Part shown: in pieces, positions 42,864 to 52,978 of the stretch
How the letters are laid out: every line of letters starts with the position of its first letter
Numbering within the stretch: the stretch's first letter is position 1
Source of the DNA: Trueperaceae bacterium
GTDB taxonomy: Bacteria > Deinococcota > Deinococci > Deinococcales > Trueperaceae
Assembly (NCBI GenBank): GCA_965213705.1
Contig: OZ243913.1
Location: 320,001-384,000 of the forward strand
Length of the DNA stretch: 64,000 bases
Direction: 5' to 3'
Translations under genes and position numbers: made by a program
Notes under the pieces: model-generated
The model's input: only the letters and a program-made list of their open reading frames with translations
What the model was told of the DNA's origin: nothing
Databases searched by the model: none

Positions 42864-43097
42864 ATGAGCACAAGATTCAGCATCAGCGTTTCGCGAGAAA
42901 TCGCCCGGTTTGTCGAGACTTACCAGCAAAAAAACGATGTCAAAAGTCGTAGCGAAGTCATCGAGCGCGCCTTAAAGCTCCTGCGCGAAAAAGAGTTGCA
43001 GCAGGCTTACTACGAAGCGGGGCAGGAATGGCTAGCCGGCGAAGACGCCGACCTGTGGGAAAGCACAAGTGCCGATGGAATTGCCGAAACAAGGTGA
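42864..43097 (+). CDS. Ribbon-helix-helix antitoxin (MazE-type partner)
   Basis: RFSISVS...SRSEVIERALKLLREKELQQAY...W...ADG. Confidence 0.85.
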   Translation: MSTRFSISVSREIARFVETYQQKNDVKSRSEVIERALKLLREKELQQAYYEAGQEWLAGEDADLWESTSADGIAETR

Positions 43098-43419
43098 TAT
43101 TTTTCTTGTCGATTTGGAGCCCGCCCTCTCCGGCGAAGCGAACAAGACACGTCCCGTCGTCATTCTGAGCAACGACGCCAGCAACAAGTTCGCCCCTACC
43201 GTTACGGTGGTGCCACTGACGAGCAACACGCGCAAGCTGTATCCTTTTTAAGTTTTTCTGGACAGGAACAAGATGGGACTGGATTTTCACAGCAAAGCTC
43301 AGGCCGAGCAGGTACGGACGGTGAGCAAGCGCAGGCTCGAGCGACGGCTTGGAAGTATCGGTCAAGACGACGTTTCTTTGATTCACGAAGCGTTACGCCT
43401 CCATTTCGGTATGGATTAG
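43075..43419 (+). pseudogene. MazF/PemK toxin with an in-frame TAA at 43249-43251
   Basis: GDIFLVDLEP..GEANKTRPVVILSND...YPF*VFL...SKAQAEQVRTVSKRRL...ALRLH. Confidence 0.88.
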
Positions 43420-43510
43420 CTCGAGCTGCAGCGCCGGTTCGACCCAATCAACCGAAAACACAAAAGTGTGAAAAACTTAATCTTTTGAGTGAGCGCGGCA
43501 TAATAAACCT

Positions 43511-44725
43511 ATGCTGCCCAGCACCCTCCTCATGCACCGCTACAGCGGTGAGGAAATTGTGCCGAAGCGCCTCGAGCTGTCCCAAAAGAACCTCGGCCTC
43601 GCCGCGGACATTACCGGGATTTTCGGCGAGTACCAGGGCCGACGCCGCGCCGACTTGGACGAGCGTTTGGCAGTTCTGGAGGGCGAGGCAACCGACTACC
43701 GCGTCAAGCGGGGCTTGGCGCACCTGCTCACCAACGGTTTCAGCACCTTCGAGACGGTGAGCCCCTTGGAGCCCGAGGCGTTGCGCGCGCGGCTGTTCGC
43801 GCTGTCGGCGAAGCACCCGCCGAGTTCGGAAACGACCGAGAGCCTGCTGTCCGGTTTAGCGGCGGTCTTAAGTGATGAACTTAATAAAGAAGTCGGCGCG
43901 GCGCAGGTGGCGGCGGGACTCTACGCCGACCTCAAGGAAAACGCGATTCTGACCGATTTCACGCCGCCCGACGCGGCGGCGCTGCTCCACCGCTACAACC
44001 TGTCGCAAGTCCAGGGCGTGCTCTACCGGGCGCAAGACCTCGTCATCAGCGCGCACCGCAACGTGCCGGGCGAATACAAGCAACTGTTTCGCTACCTCAA
44101 GCTGTTCGGACTCATGGCCTACATCGAGGGCGACGTGGAGCACGGGTTTACGGTGACGATTGACGGCCCCGCAAGCTTGTTCGGCTCGAGCACGCGCTAC
44201 GGCACCGACCTCGCCAAGTTTCTGCCCGCCCTCCTCAACGTGACCAAGTGGAGCATGACCGCGACGCTGAACCCCAAAGAGCGCTACGACGGCACGCCCG
44301 CGGTGGCACGCTTTACGTTGGATTCGGACTGCGGGCTCGTATCGCACTACAAAAAGGGCAAGGCTTACGACAGCATGATTGAAAGCGCCTTTGCGAAGCG
44401 CTGGGAGGCGACCGACACCGAGTGGGTCTTGGAGCGCGAGGTCGACCTGCTCCCCATCCCCGGCAGCGTGATGGTGCCGGACTTCCGACTCGTCCACCCC
44501 GACGGCCGCGACTTCGTCTTTGAAATCGTCGGCTACTGGCGGCCCGAATACCTGAAGAAGAAGTTCGCGCAAATTCGCAAGTCGGGCGTCAGCAACATGG
44601 TCTTGGCGGTGTCAGAACGCCTGAACCTGGGCGAGGTCGGCATCAAACTCGACAAAGTCCTTGCCAAGGTGATTTGGTTCAAGGAAAAAATCTTACCGAA
44701 GGACGTACTGGCGGTGCTCGAGTAA
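43511..44725 (+). CDS. DUF790 family nuclease (Bax1-like)
   Basis: LYADL, YNLSQVQGVLY, DGPASLF...YG, YDSMIE..F, VPDF...EIVGYWRPEYLKKK. Confidence 0.88.
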   Translation: MLPSTLLMHRYSGEEIVPKRLELSQKNLGLAADITGIFGEYQGRRRADLDERLAVLEGEATDYRVKRGLAHLLTNGFSTFETVSPLEPEALRARLFALSAKHPPSSETTESLLSGLAAVLSDELNKEVGAAQVAAGLYADLKENAILTDFTPPDAAALLHRYNLSQVQGVLYRAQDLVISAHRNVPGEYKQLFRYLKLFGLMAYIEGDVEHGFTVTIDGPASLFGSSTRYGTDLAKFLPALLNVTKWSMTATLNPKERYDGTPAVARFTLDSDCGLVSHYKKGKAYDSMIESAFAKRWEATDTEWVLEREVDLLPIPGSVMVPDFRLVHPDGRDFVFEIVGYWRPEYLKKKFAQIRKSGVSNMVLAVSERLNLGEVGIKLDKVLAKVIWFKEKILPKDVLAVLE

Positions 44726-44740
44726 CCCCGCCATCACGCC

Positions 44741-44774
44741 CTACTTTCTACTCGGTACTCAGCACTCGGTACTG
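44741..44774. repeat. Intergenic 7-bp repeat (ACTCGGT)
   Basis: ctactttctactcggtactcagcactcggtact between convergent genes. Confidence 0.7.
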
Positions 44775-44778
44775 TTTC

Positions 44779-45453
44779 TCAAGGCCCGAGCCGTCCCGCC
44801 ACGACACCGTACTCGAAGGCGGGCTCGTCCGGCGCGACGTAGATGTTGACGGTGCGCACGTTTGACGGGTTCATGGTGTCGCCGACGACGGCGCGAAAGC
44901 TGCTGCGCCCAGCTACGGGCTCGGCCAAGCCTACCGTAACTTCGCTACCGCACGGGTACTCCGCCAGGATGTCGCGGCTCACCGCCACGTGCCGCCAGGC
45001 TTCCAACGGGACGCTGCACGCGCCCACAGCGCCCGCGAAGCTGAAGCCGACGCGCTCCAAGTCGAACGCGCCCGCGGGCAAGGGTTGAGCGGCCTCGGCA
45101 GCGGGCGTCGCTTCGGATTCGCCGGCGATTGTCGCCCCGGTAGTTGTTTCTGCCCTCACTTCTGCAGTCGTCCCGCTCGCGTTCGTCGTTGCCGGTCCTG
45201 TGCCGGTTGCCGCCGTTTCAGCGAGAGGAACCTCCGGCGTCGCCGTTTGACCTGCGGAGGAAACGACGGGTACCCCGCCTGTTTCACCCGACACGGCTTC
45301 GGCCTGGGTCGTCTCGAGCGTGGTCGGCGCGGTGGTCGGCGTGACGGCGGTTTGACGGTTGCGCCGTCCGGGAAAGAAAAGCGTGACGACGATGATGGCG
45401 CAAACCACCACCAGGGCTATCAAAAGTGCGGAGTCGATAAGCTTTTCGCGCAT
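44779..45453 (-). CDS. Membrane-anchored protein with Thr/Ala-rich linker and 3D/double-psi beta-barrel-like domain
   Basis: N-terminal TM; HVAVSRDIL..YPCGS...VVGDTM...VNIYV. Confidence 0.6.
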   Translation of the reverse strand: MREKLIDSALLIALVVVCAIIVVTLFFPGRRNRQTAVTPTTAPTTLETTQAEAVSGETGGVPVVSSAGQTATPEVPLAETAATGTGPATTNASGTTAEVRAETTTGATIAGESEATPAAEAAQPLPAGAFDLERVGFSFAGAVGACSVPLEAWRHVAVSRDILAEYPCGSEVTVGLAEPVAGRSSFRAVVGDTMNPSNVRTVNIYVAPDEPAFEYGVVAGRLGP

Positions 45454-45471
45454 GGTTCGAGCATACCAAAG

Positions 45472-46308
45472 TCAAGCGCGAGGTGCCTGGGCGGCTCGAG
45501 CGAACGTTCTCAAGTCTTCGTTGAAGCGTTCGCGCACTTCTACAAAAGGTAGGTGCCCGACGCCCCGATACGTTTTTAGAGAGGCGTTCGGCGCACTTTG
45601 GACCGTGTGCTCGCTCGAGCTTACCCTCACGACCGTGTCCGCGTCGCCGTGCAGGCACAAAACGGGTAGATTGAGGGCGCTCAAAGTCTCGCCGTGGTCG
45701 ACTTTTCTGGCCGCCAGGTTATAGCGAACTTGCGGCGGCGTCATCATCATCGCGGCGAGTTGGCGGCGCAGTGCGTCTTCACTCAAAGATGCGGCCGTCA
45801 TCGTTTGAGCGAACCGGAGCGTGGCCGCGTAGTTCGTGCCGAAGTCCTTTGAAAACATGTCTTTGAGGTGCGTGGTAGCTTCGCCCAAGTGCGCGTACCC
45901 CGCCTTGACCGCGTTTTGGCTCAGCGCCGCGACCATCGCCAAACCGGCGACCTCGGTCTCACCAAAGGTTTTCAAGTAGTCCAGCGCGACGACGCCGCCG
46001 TAGGACCAGGCGACCAGGACAGGGCGATTCAGCTCGAGGCCCTCAATCACCGCTGAAACGTCCTCGGCCCACAGTGTAGGGTCGTGATATGCCGCAGCTT
46101 CGAGTGATTTTTCCGAGGCCCCGTGTCCGCGCAGGTCGAAGGCGGCTAGGTGAAACTCGTCGGCCAAGCCACTCGCCAACTGCCCCGCCCACACGTCGTA
46201 ACTCTGCGAAATGCCGTGCAGAAACAACAAAGCCGGTGCGCCGCGCGTGCCCGCCTCGACTGCGTTGAGCTTTAGACCGCCTCCGCCAGCGATGGTGTGA
46301 AGGTTCAC
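45472..46308 (-). CDS. Alpha/beta hydrolase
   Basis: FLHG, DLRGHGAS, AWSYGG, HGDAD, GHLPF. Confidence 0.9.
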   Translation of the reverse strand: MNLHTIAGGGGLKLNAVEAGTRGAPALLFLHGISQSYDVWAGQLASGLADEFHLAAFDLRGHGASEKSLEAAAYHDPTLWAEDVSAVIEGLELNRPVLVAWSYGGVVALDYLKTFGETEVAGLAMVAALSQNAVKAGYAHLGEATTHLKDMFSKDFGTNYAATLRFAQTMTAASLSEDALRRQLAAMMMTPPQVRYNLAARKVDHGETLSALNLPVLCLHGDADTVVRVSSSEHTVQSAPNASLKTYRGVGHLPFVEVRERFNEDLRTFARAAQAPRA

Positions 46309-46378
46309 GGATTTCTCTTGTCAACGAAAGGCATGGCTCGAGCTTAACCCTTAAAAGGGGAAACGGGTTCAAAACACC

Positions 46379-47377
<999 letters not shown>

Positions 47378-47450
47378 ACACCAAGTTTAAGGGTGAACTT
47401 TGTGGACGCGTGTCACGTCGGGTTTTTCACATTTGAGCTAAGCTTGTGGG

Positions 47451-47750
47451 GTGAACACCGAACAGCATCTTTGGCATTACTTCACGGAAATCAAAACGGC
47501 TGTCGACGCTGGCAACCGTGGCGATACGGTTCAACCTTACGTCGGCGGCACCTTTATGGTGACGGCTTTGTCCGGCGAAATTGAGTTCACAGTGTCCGAC
47601 ATTACCGAGGAAGACGCGGTTTTGATAGCGGGCGAACTCAAAGAAATGGGCATCCGCGCGCTTGTTCGCGGCACCCAACCCTGTCCGCGTTGCGGCAAGC
47701 GCGTTCCGGCTCAAGACCACTGCGTCCACTGTCGGGGCAAACTCGGCTAG
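47451..47750 (+). CDS. Small protein with C-terminal zinc ribbon
   Basis: CPRCG...CVHC; TAAGCT -10 six nt before GTG. Confidence 0.7.
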   Translation: MNTEQHLWHYFTEIKTAVDAGNRGDTVQPYVGGTFMVTALSGEIEFTVSDITEEDAVLIAGELKEMGIRALVRGTQPCPRCGKRVPAQDHCVHCRGKLG

Positions 47751-48024
47751 CTCGTTAAAAACGTGACCATAAACAGCAGGTAAGCGAAGAGCGCCGTCAA
47801 GGCTACTCTGTCGGCGGCAAGCACTCCGCTGTCTAAGCCGCGCAGCCAAAACGACAGGGCCAACAGCAACCACACCAGCGCGTGACAGTAGCGAAGGATG
47901 ACGTAGCGCAACCCCCCGTGTCCGGCGTAACTTTCTGTTGCGGCCAGAAAAACGTGTAGAGGACGGCGACCGTCAGGCACAAGCCCACCCAAACGATGGC
48001 GGGTAATCCCCACACTTTGGTCAT
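47747..48024 (-). pseudogene. Small membrane protein, frameshifted in a G6 run
   Basis: MTKVWGLPAIVWVGLCL...DTG and LRYVILRYCHALVWLLLALSF lie in different frames, joined at C6 47912-47917. Confidence 0.6.
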
Positions 48025-48192
48025 GGTTTTACAACACACCTCCTGCACAAGTCCAGTTGGATAACGATGCTTAGCGGCCCTGCTGTTGCCAGGTTGATAC
48101 TTTCGCAAGAAGTCCAATGAACCGCTGCCCCGCGCCCGCCTACACCTTTTGGTTGAAGAAGCTCCGAGCCGCCGAGTGCTAGACTGCCTCAC

Positions 48193-48384
48193 ATGAACAA
48201 ACAACTGCAACGCTCCACCCAAAACAAGGTCATCGGCGGCGTTTGCGCCGGGCTTGGCAACTACTTCGGCGTCGACCCGGTGTTGGTGCGGGTCGGCTTT
48301 CTCATCGCGCTGTTCGCGTTCGGCTTCGGACCGCTTCTGTACCTCGTTCTCTGGGTCGTGATGCCCGCGGCAAGCACGTCCTAA
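48193..48384 (+). CDS. PspC domain protein
   Basis: LQRSTQNKVIGGVCAGLGNYFGVDPVLVR...YLVLWVVMP. Confidence 0.92.
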   Translation: MNKQLQRSTQNKVIGGVCAGLGNYFGVDPVLVRVGFLIALFAFGFGPLLYLVLWVVMPAASTS

Positions 48385-49019
48385 CCCTCGAGCAGTTCGG
48401 CACTCCGCCCGAACTCGCCCGAAAAAACGAGCTCGCTCAACGGTTTGCGCTTGCGTTCGCCGCGCTCTTTGGCCTGCAGGTCTTCGGGTAACTGCGCGGG
48501 GTCGCCCGCATAGCCCAGGGCAAGCCCGGCCACAACTTCGAAGTCATCGGGAATGCTGAAAGTTTCACGGGCTTTGTCGGGCAAAATGCCCGCCATTTGG
48601 TGAACGCGCAGGCCCAGGGCGGTCGCCTGCAAGCTGAGCTGCGCGACCGCCGCACCCGTGTCGTAGAGGGCGTGTTTGTTCGTGTTGCTGCCGGGTTTCG
48701 AACCGCCGGAAAAAGTCTTCTTTGCCAAAACGAGCATAATCACGGGGGCAGCCCCGGCCCAACTGCTGTTGCCCTCCCTAAAACACGTCAGCACCTGCTC
48801 GAACTCGGTAGAGCCGTCCTTGCCGGGGTCGTTCTCGGTGGCAACGATAAAACGCCACGGCTGCTCGTTGTAGCTCGAGGCCGCCCAGCGCGCCGCTTCT
48901 AAAACGCTCAAGAGTTTTTCGCGCTCGACGGGTTTGGACGAAAAAGCCCTGGGGCTCCAGCGCTCGGCAATCGGCACAATGACTTCGTGCTCGACCGGGT
49001 TTCGTTTCTCCGCAACCAT
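48381..49019 (-). CDS. Nitroreductase family protein
   Basis: RWSPRAF, AASSYNEQPWRF, HQMAG. Confidence 0.92.
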   Translation of the reverse strand: MVAEKRNPVEHEVIVPIAERWSPRAFSSKPVEREKLLSVLEAARWAASSYNEQPWRFIVATENDPGKDGSTEFEQVLTCFREGNSSWAGAAPVIMLVLAKKTFSGGSKPGSNTNKHALYDTGAAVAQLSLQATALGLRVHQMAGILPDKARETFSIPDDFEVVAGLALGYAGDPAQLPEDLQAKERGERKRKPLSELVFSGEFGRSAELLEG

Positions 49020-49918
49020 CAGGCCACCACCACTTTTGCAAAAGGGTTTTCGGCGTCGCTCAGGTTGGTCAGCTCCTCACTCAAACGCCACAGCCGCGTT
49101 TGCGCCGCCGTGTTTTGGGCGGCTTTGGAGGCCGCGATGGGCTCTTTGTCTTTGAAGTATTTGCCGGTGACACCCGCCACCGCCGGAGAAGAGGCCAGAA
49201 AGATCGCCGTCTCCGCGCCTTTTTCGGGCGAGCGCAGCAGCGGACGGAACAAGCCGAAGGCTTTAGAAATCAGGCCCGGCGCACCCTGGCCGAAGCCGGT
49301 CGCCACCGCGCCGGGGTGCAGCGCGTTAACCGTCACGCCCGTTCCCGCCAAACGCTTGGCAAGTTCGAAGGTGAACAGCAAGTTGGCAAGTTTGGACTGG
49401 CCGTAAGCCTTCCAACCGTTGTAATTTGCGCTCAGCATCGGGTCGTCGAAATGAATTTTGCCAAAGCGCTCGGCCTCGGACGACACGTTGACGATGCGCG
49501 CGGGCGCGCTGTCCAGCAGGCGCTCCAACAGCAAATTCGTCAGCAAAAAGTAAGCGAGGTGGTTCAGGGCAAAGGTGAGTTCATAGCCGTCGGCGGTCGT
49601 CTTGCGCTCCGGGGCGAACAGCCCGGCGTTGTTGACGAGAACGTCCAGGGTTTCGAACTGCGCCTTGAACTCCTCCGCCAGGCGGCGGATGTCCTGCAGC
49701 GAGGACAGGTCGGCGGGTACAAAGGTGACCGCGTCGCTCCCCGTTTCACGCCGGACTTGCTCGGCTTTTTGCGCGCCGTCGCCGCCGCCCCTGGATACCG
49801 TCACCACGGTCGCGCCCTGCTGCGCCAAGCTTTTGGCCGTCTCGAAGCCGATACCCGAACTCGCGCCGGTCACAAGACACACTCTTCCGGTCATTTTGGA
49901 AGTCGTTTCAGGGGTCAT
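49019..49918 (-). CDS. Short-chain dehydrogenase (retinol dehydrogenase-like)
   Basis: TGASSGIG, NNAG, YGQSK, HPGAVAT. Confidence 0.92.
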   Translation of the reverse strand: MTPETTSKMTGRVCLVTGASSGIGFETAKSLAQQGATVVTVSRGGGDGAQKAEQVRRETGSDAVTFVPADLSSLQDIRRLAEEFKAQFETLDVLVNNAGLFAPERKTTADGYELTFALNHLAYFLLTNLLLERLLDSAPARIVNVSSEAERFGKIHFDDPMLSANYNGWKAYGQSKLANLLFTFELAKRLAGTGVTVNALHPGAVATGFGQGAPGLISKAFGLFRPLLRSPEKGAETAIFLASSPAVAGVTGKYFKDKEPIAASKAAQNTAAQTRLWRLSEELTNLSDAENPFAKVVVA

Positions 49919-49990
49919 ACACGCTCCTTCGCACGCTGTCCAGCTTAGGGACCTGGGCGAAAAAACACAGTCCCGCAGCGTACAAGCGGA

Positions 49991-50019
49991 GTAACGGGAG
50001 GCGTTGCGCCTCCCGTTAC
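49991..50019. terminator. Stem-loop downstream of tal
   Basis: GTAACGGGAGGCG-TTG-CGCCTCCCGTTAC, 13-bp stem without a clear U tail. Confidence 0.5.
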
Positions 50020-50088
50020 GGTTCTCAACACATCCTCAGAGGTATTTTCTCAAGAGGAGTGTCGGAAGTAAATTTTTTGTCTGAAATG

Positions 50089-51207
50089 TCAGGCGGGCGT
50101 TTTTTCGGCCGCCTCGCGCAGGGTGTTCATCAGGCTCTCGAACGGTTTGATGAACTTTTCCACGCCTTCGGCCTCGAGCTTTTCCGTTACCTCGTCTAAG
50201 TCTATGCCGAGGTCGCGCAAGCTCTCGAGCTGCTGCGCGGCCTCGTCGACGCCGTCTTCCAAGCGCGCCGCGGGCTCGCCGTGGTCGCGGTAGGCGTCTA
50301 GGGTGTCAACCGGCAGCGTGTTGACGGTGTCGGGTCCGATTAACGCTTCGACGTACATCACGTCACTGTAGGTTGGGTCTTTGGTGCTGGTCGAGGCCCA
50401 CAGCACGCGCTGCGGGCGCGCGCCCTGCGCTTCTAAAGCCTTGAAGCGTTCCGAAGTGAACACTTCTTTGTAAATTTGGTAGGCCTGCTTGGCGCTGGCG
50501 ATGGCGATTTTGCCCTTGAGCTGCGCGGCTTGCTCGGCTCCGTCGCCGTCTTCCACGAGCGCGTCCAACTTCTTGTCCACCATCACGTCGATGCGGCTCA
50601 AGAAAAAGCTGGCGACCGAGGCGACGTTTTTGAGCGGTTCGCCCGCTTCGGCACGTTTTTCCAAGCCTTTGACGTAGGCCTCGGCCACGTCGCGGTAGCG
50701 TCCCAGGCCGAACAGCAAGGTCACGTTGATGTTGACGCCTTCGGCAATGAGTGTCGTGATAACCGGCAAACCCTCTTCCGTGCCCGGCACTTTGATAAAC
50801 ACGTTGGGGCGGCCGAGCCGCTGCCACAGGTGGCGCGCTTCGGTAAGGGTGCCTTCGGTATCATAGGCGAGCTTGGGCGAGACTTCCAGGCTCACGAAGC
50901 CGTACTTGCCGTCGTTCGCGTCGTACAAGGGTCGAAACAGGTCGGCGGCGTTTTGGATGTCCTCGATGACGATGTCTTCGTACATCTGGTCGACGCTCGT
51001 GCCCTTGCCGTGCGCCGCCCGAATGGCCTCGTCGTAGTCGTCGCTGTCGGCGATGGCTTTTTGAAAAATGGCGGGGTTCGAGGTGACGCCGCGCAGTCCG
51101 TCGCGCTCGATGAGTTCCTGCAAATAGCCGTCCGTCATCATGCTGCGGCGAATTTCGTCCATGTACACAGATTGGCCGAAGTCTTGAAGTTTTTTGAGTG
51201 GGTTCAT
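50089..51207 (-). CDS. tal: Transaldolase
   Basis: GVTSNPAIF, VSLEVSP, FIKVP, NVTLLF, ASFFLSRID, LWASTSTK; AGGAGG RBS. Confidence 0.95.
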   Translation of the reverse strand: MNPLKKLQDFGQSVYMDEIRRSMMTDGYLQELIERDGLRGVTSNPAIFQKAIADSDDYDEAIRAAHGKGTSVDQMYEDIVIEDIQNAADLFRPLYDANDGKYGFVSLEVSPKLAYDTEGTLTEARHLWQRLGRPNVFIKVPGTEEGLPVITTLIAEGVNINVTLLFGLGRYRDVAEAYVKGLEKRAEAGEPLKNVASVASFFLSRIDVMVDKKLDALVEDGDGAEQAAQLKGKIAIASAKQAYQIYKEVFTSERFKALEAQGARPQRVLWASTSTKDPTYSDVMYVEALIGPDTVNTLPVDTLDAYRDHGEPAARLEDGVDEAAQQLESLRDLGIDLDEVTEKLEAEGVEKFIKPFESLMNTLREAAEKTPA

Positions 51208-51445
51208 GGCTTCCTCCTTGGGGTGCATCCAGCATAGAGCGGGGCCGGCCGGCGGGTTGTACGGCTCCTTACGGAGTTTTCTAGAGAGGTGTTTGACGAT
51301 TTGTTGCACAGTAAAGCTCTTGAAAACAATGAGATTTTTGAAAACGTCGTTGAAGACGACCCTAAAACGACCCTCGAGCGGAACCAACCTCCAAGCCGAC
51401 TTCCAACCGCAAAGACCCGCTGAGTTCTGCGTGCCCTACTTCGGG

Positions 51446-52369
51446 TCAGACCAGGCTCGGCTCCCAAACCACGACGGTGTGCCGACGCCCGCCTTGCCGC
51501 GCTTTGGCCGCGTACATAGCTTTGTCGGCCCGCTTTAGGAGGTCGTCTACGCTGGCCTCCTCGCTCAGCATCGTCGCCACCCCGATGCTGACGCCGACCG
51601 TGTGGTGGTGGCCGTCCAGTTCGAAGGGTTCCAACAGCTCGGCGGCGACGCGCTCGGCGGTCGCCAGGGCGGCTTTGGAAGTAGCGTTGGGCAAAAACAG
51701 GGCGAACTCGTCACCTCCGGAACGAAAGAAAATATCGCCGTCGCGCTTGACCGCGCCGAGCCGCTGCGCGACCCCTCGCAGGACGCGGTCGCCTACATGG
51801 TGTCCGTAGCGGTCGTTGACGCCCTTAAAACCGTTCAAGTCAAAGTAAAGAAGCGCGCAGGTCCAAGCCTCGCGCCGCGCCAGAGACAGCAGTTCGGGTG
51901 TTCTTGCCAGAAAATAGCGCCGGTTGTGGACGCCCGTCAGCTCGTCTCGGTAGACGAGCTGTTTGATAGTCGCCTCGGCACGTTTTTGTCGGGTGATGTC
52001 TTCAAAAGTCACCAGGACGCTTTTTTCGTAGGGCGTCGTGTGGATGTTGTACCAGCAGTCCTTACCGGTAACAGAAGCGGCGCCGCTGAAAAACTGCTCG
52101 AGCCGCCCCGGTTTTTTCTCCTCGGCGGCACCCTGTAAAGCCTTGAAAAGCGGCGTCTGCGCCAGCTCGGGCGCGACCTGTAACAGCCTTTGCCCCAGCC
52201 GGTCACCGCTACCGACCAAACCGAGCTGGACCGCCGAACGGTTCATGAACCGCCATTCGAAGTCGACCGCGTTGCCGGCTTCGTAAACGGGCTCAAAGAC
52301 CACGACGCCCAAAGGCAGGGCGTCCAAAACGCCCATGACCAGGTCGGATGCAGAGTCTGCGACAACCAT
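51446..52369 (-). CDS. PAS-GGDEF diguanylate cyclase
   Basis: DELTGVHNRR, FKGVNDRYGHHVGD, RSGGDEF. Confidence 0.92.
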   Translation of the reverse strand: MVVADSASDLVMGVLDALPLGVVVFEPVYEAGNAVDFEWRFMNRSAVQLGLVGSGDRLGQRLLQVAPELAQTPLFKALQGAAEEKKPGRLEQFFSGAASVTGKDCWYNIHTTPYEKSVLVTFEDITRQKRAEATIKQLVYRDELTGVHNRRYFLARTPELLSLARREAWTCALLYFDLNGFKGVNDRYGHHVGDRVLRGVAQRLGAVKRDGDIFFRSGGDEFALFLPNATSKAALATAERVAAELLEPFELDGHHHTVGVSIGVATMLSEEASVDDLLKRADKAMYAAKARQGGRRHTVVVWEPSLV

Positions 52370-52384
52370 ACTTGTAAAACCCCC

Positions 52385-52978
52385 TTACAGCTTAGCACGA
52401 GCGCGGGCCAAGCCGAGTCGGGCCGCGTCTGCGGGGGTGTCGACGTCGAACGCTTCTTCAAGGTTTACGACGGCAACCCGCGCCCGGTCTTGCAGGGCGC
52501 GCGCGCCTGTGTCGCCGGTCAGCGTTTGAACGGCGCCGAACAGCGCCGCGTCTATCAGGGTCGGCGCGCCGCGCACGCCGTCGTACAAGGAGAAAACCAG
52601 GGCCGCAGCCTCGGCGCGGTAGACGGCGAGCATTTTCTCGAAGTGTTTGACCGGCACGAGCGGCTGGTCGCCAAGCAGGACGAGCGCCGCCGCAGTATTT
52701 TCGGGCAAGGCGGCGATCCCCGCGCGCAACGACGAGGCCAAACCCTCTTGCCAGTCGGGATTGACGACGACCTCGGCCCCGGCCGCTTTCGCCAAGGGCG
52801 CGTAAAGCTCCGCATAAGTCCCGACGACCACGACGACGTGAGGGACGACCTGTAAAGCCGTCTCGACAGCTCGAGCCAGCAGGGTTTTTCCCCCGAACTC
52901 CAGGGCCAACTTCGGCTCACCCATCCTGCGGCTTTCACCTCCGGCGAGGACGACGGCTGCGACGACGGAAGGGGTCAC
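52385..52978 (-). CDS. MocA/MobA-like nucleotidyltransferase
   Basis: LAGGESRRMGEPKL, LGDQP, GDTGAR, DVDTP; GTGA overlap with the upstream gene. Confidence 0.88.
   Translation of the reverse strand: MTPSVVAAVVLAGGESRRMGEPKLALEFGGKTLLARAVETALQVVPHVVVVVGTYAELYAPLAKAAGAEVVVNPDWQEGLASSLRAGIAALPENTAAALVLLGDQPLVPVKHFEKMLAVYRAEAAALVFSLYDGVRGAPTLIDAALFGAVQTLTGDTGARALQDRARVAVVNLEEAFDVDTPADAARLGLARARAKL

Noticed and set aside
43249..43251. Programmed stop-codon readthrough in mazF
   Set aside because: TAA is used as a normal stop throughout the window and no recoding signal is visible; a point mutation or sequencing error is simpler.
51320..51375. Short TGAAAAC and ACGACCCT repeats upstream of tal
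   Set aside because: Too short and irregular to call a binding site without comparative data.
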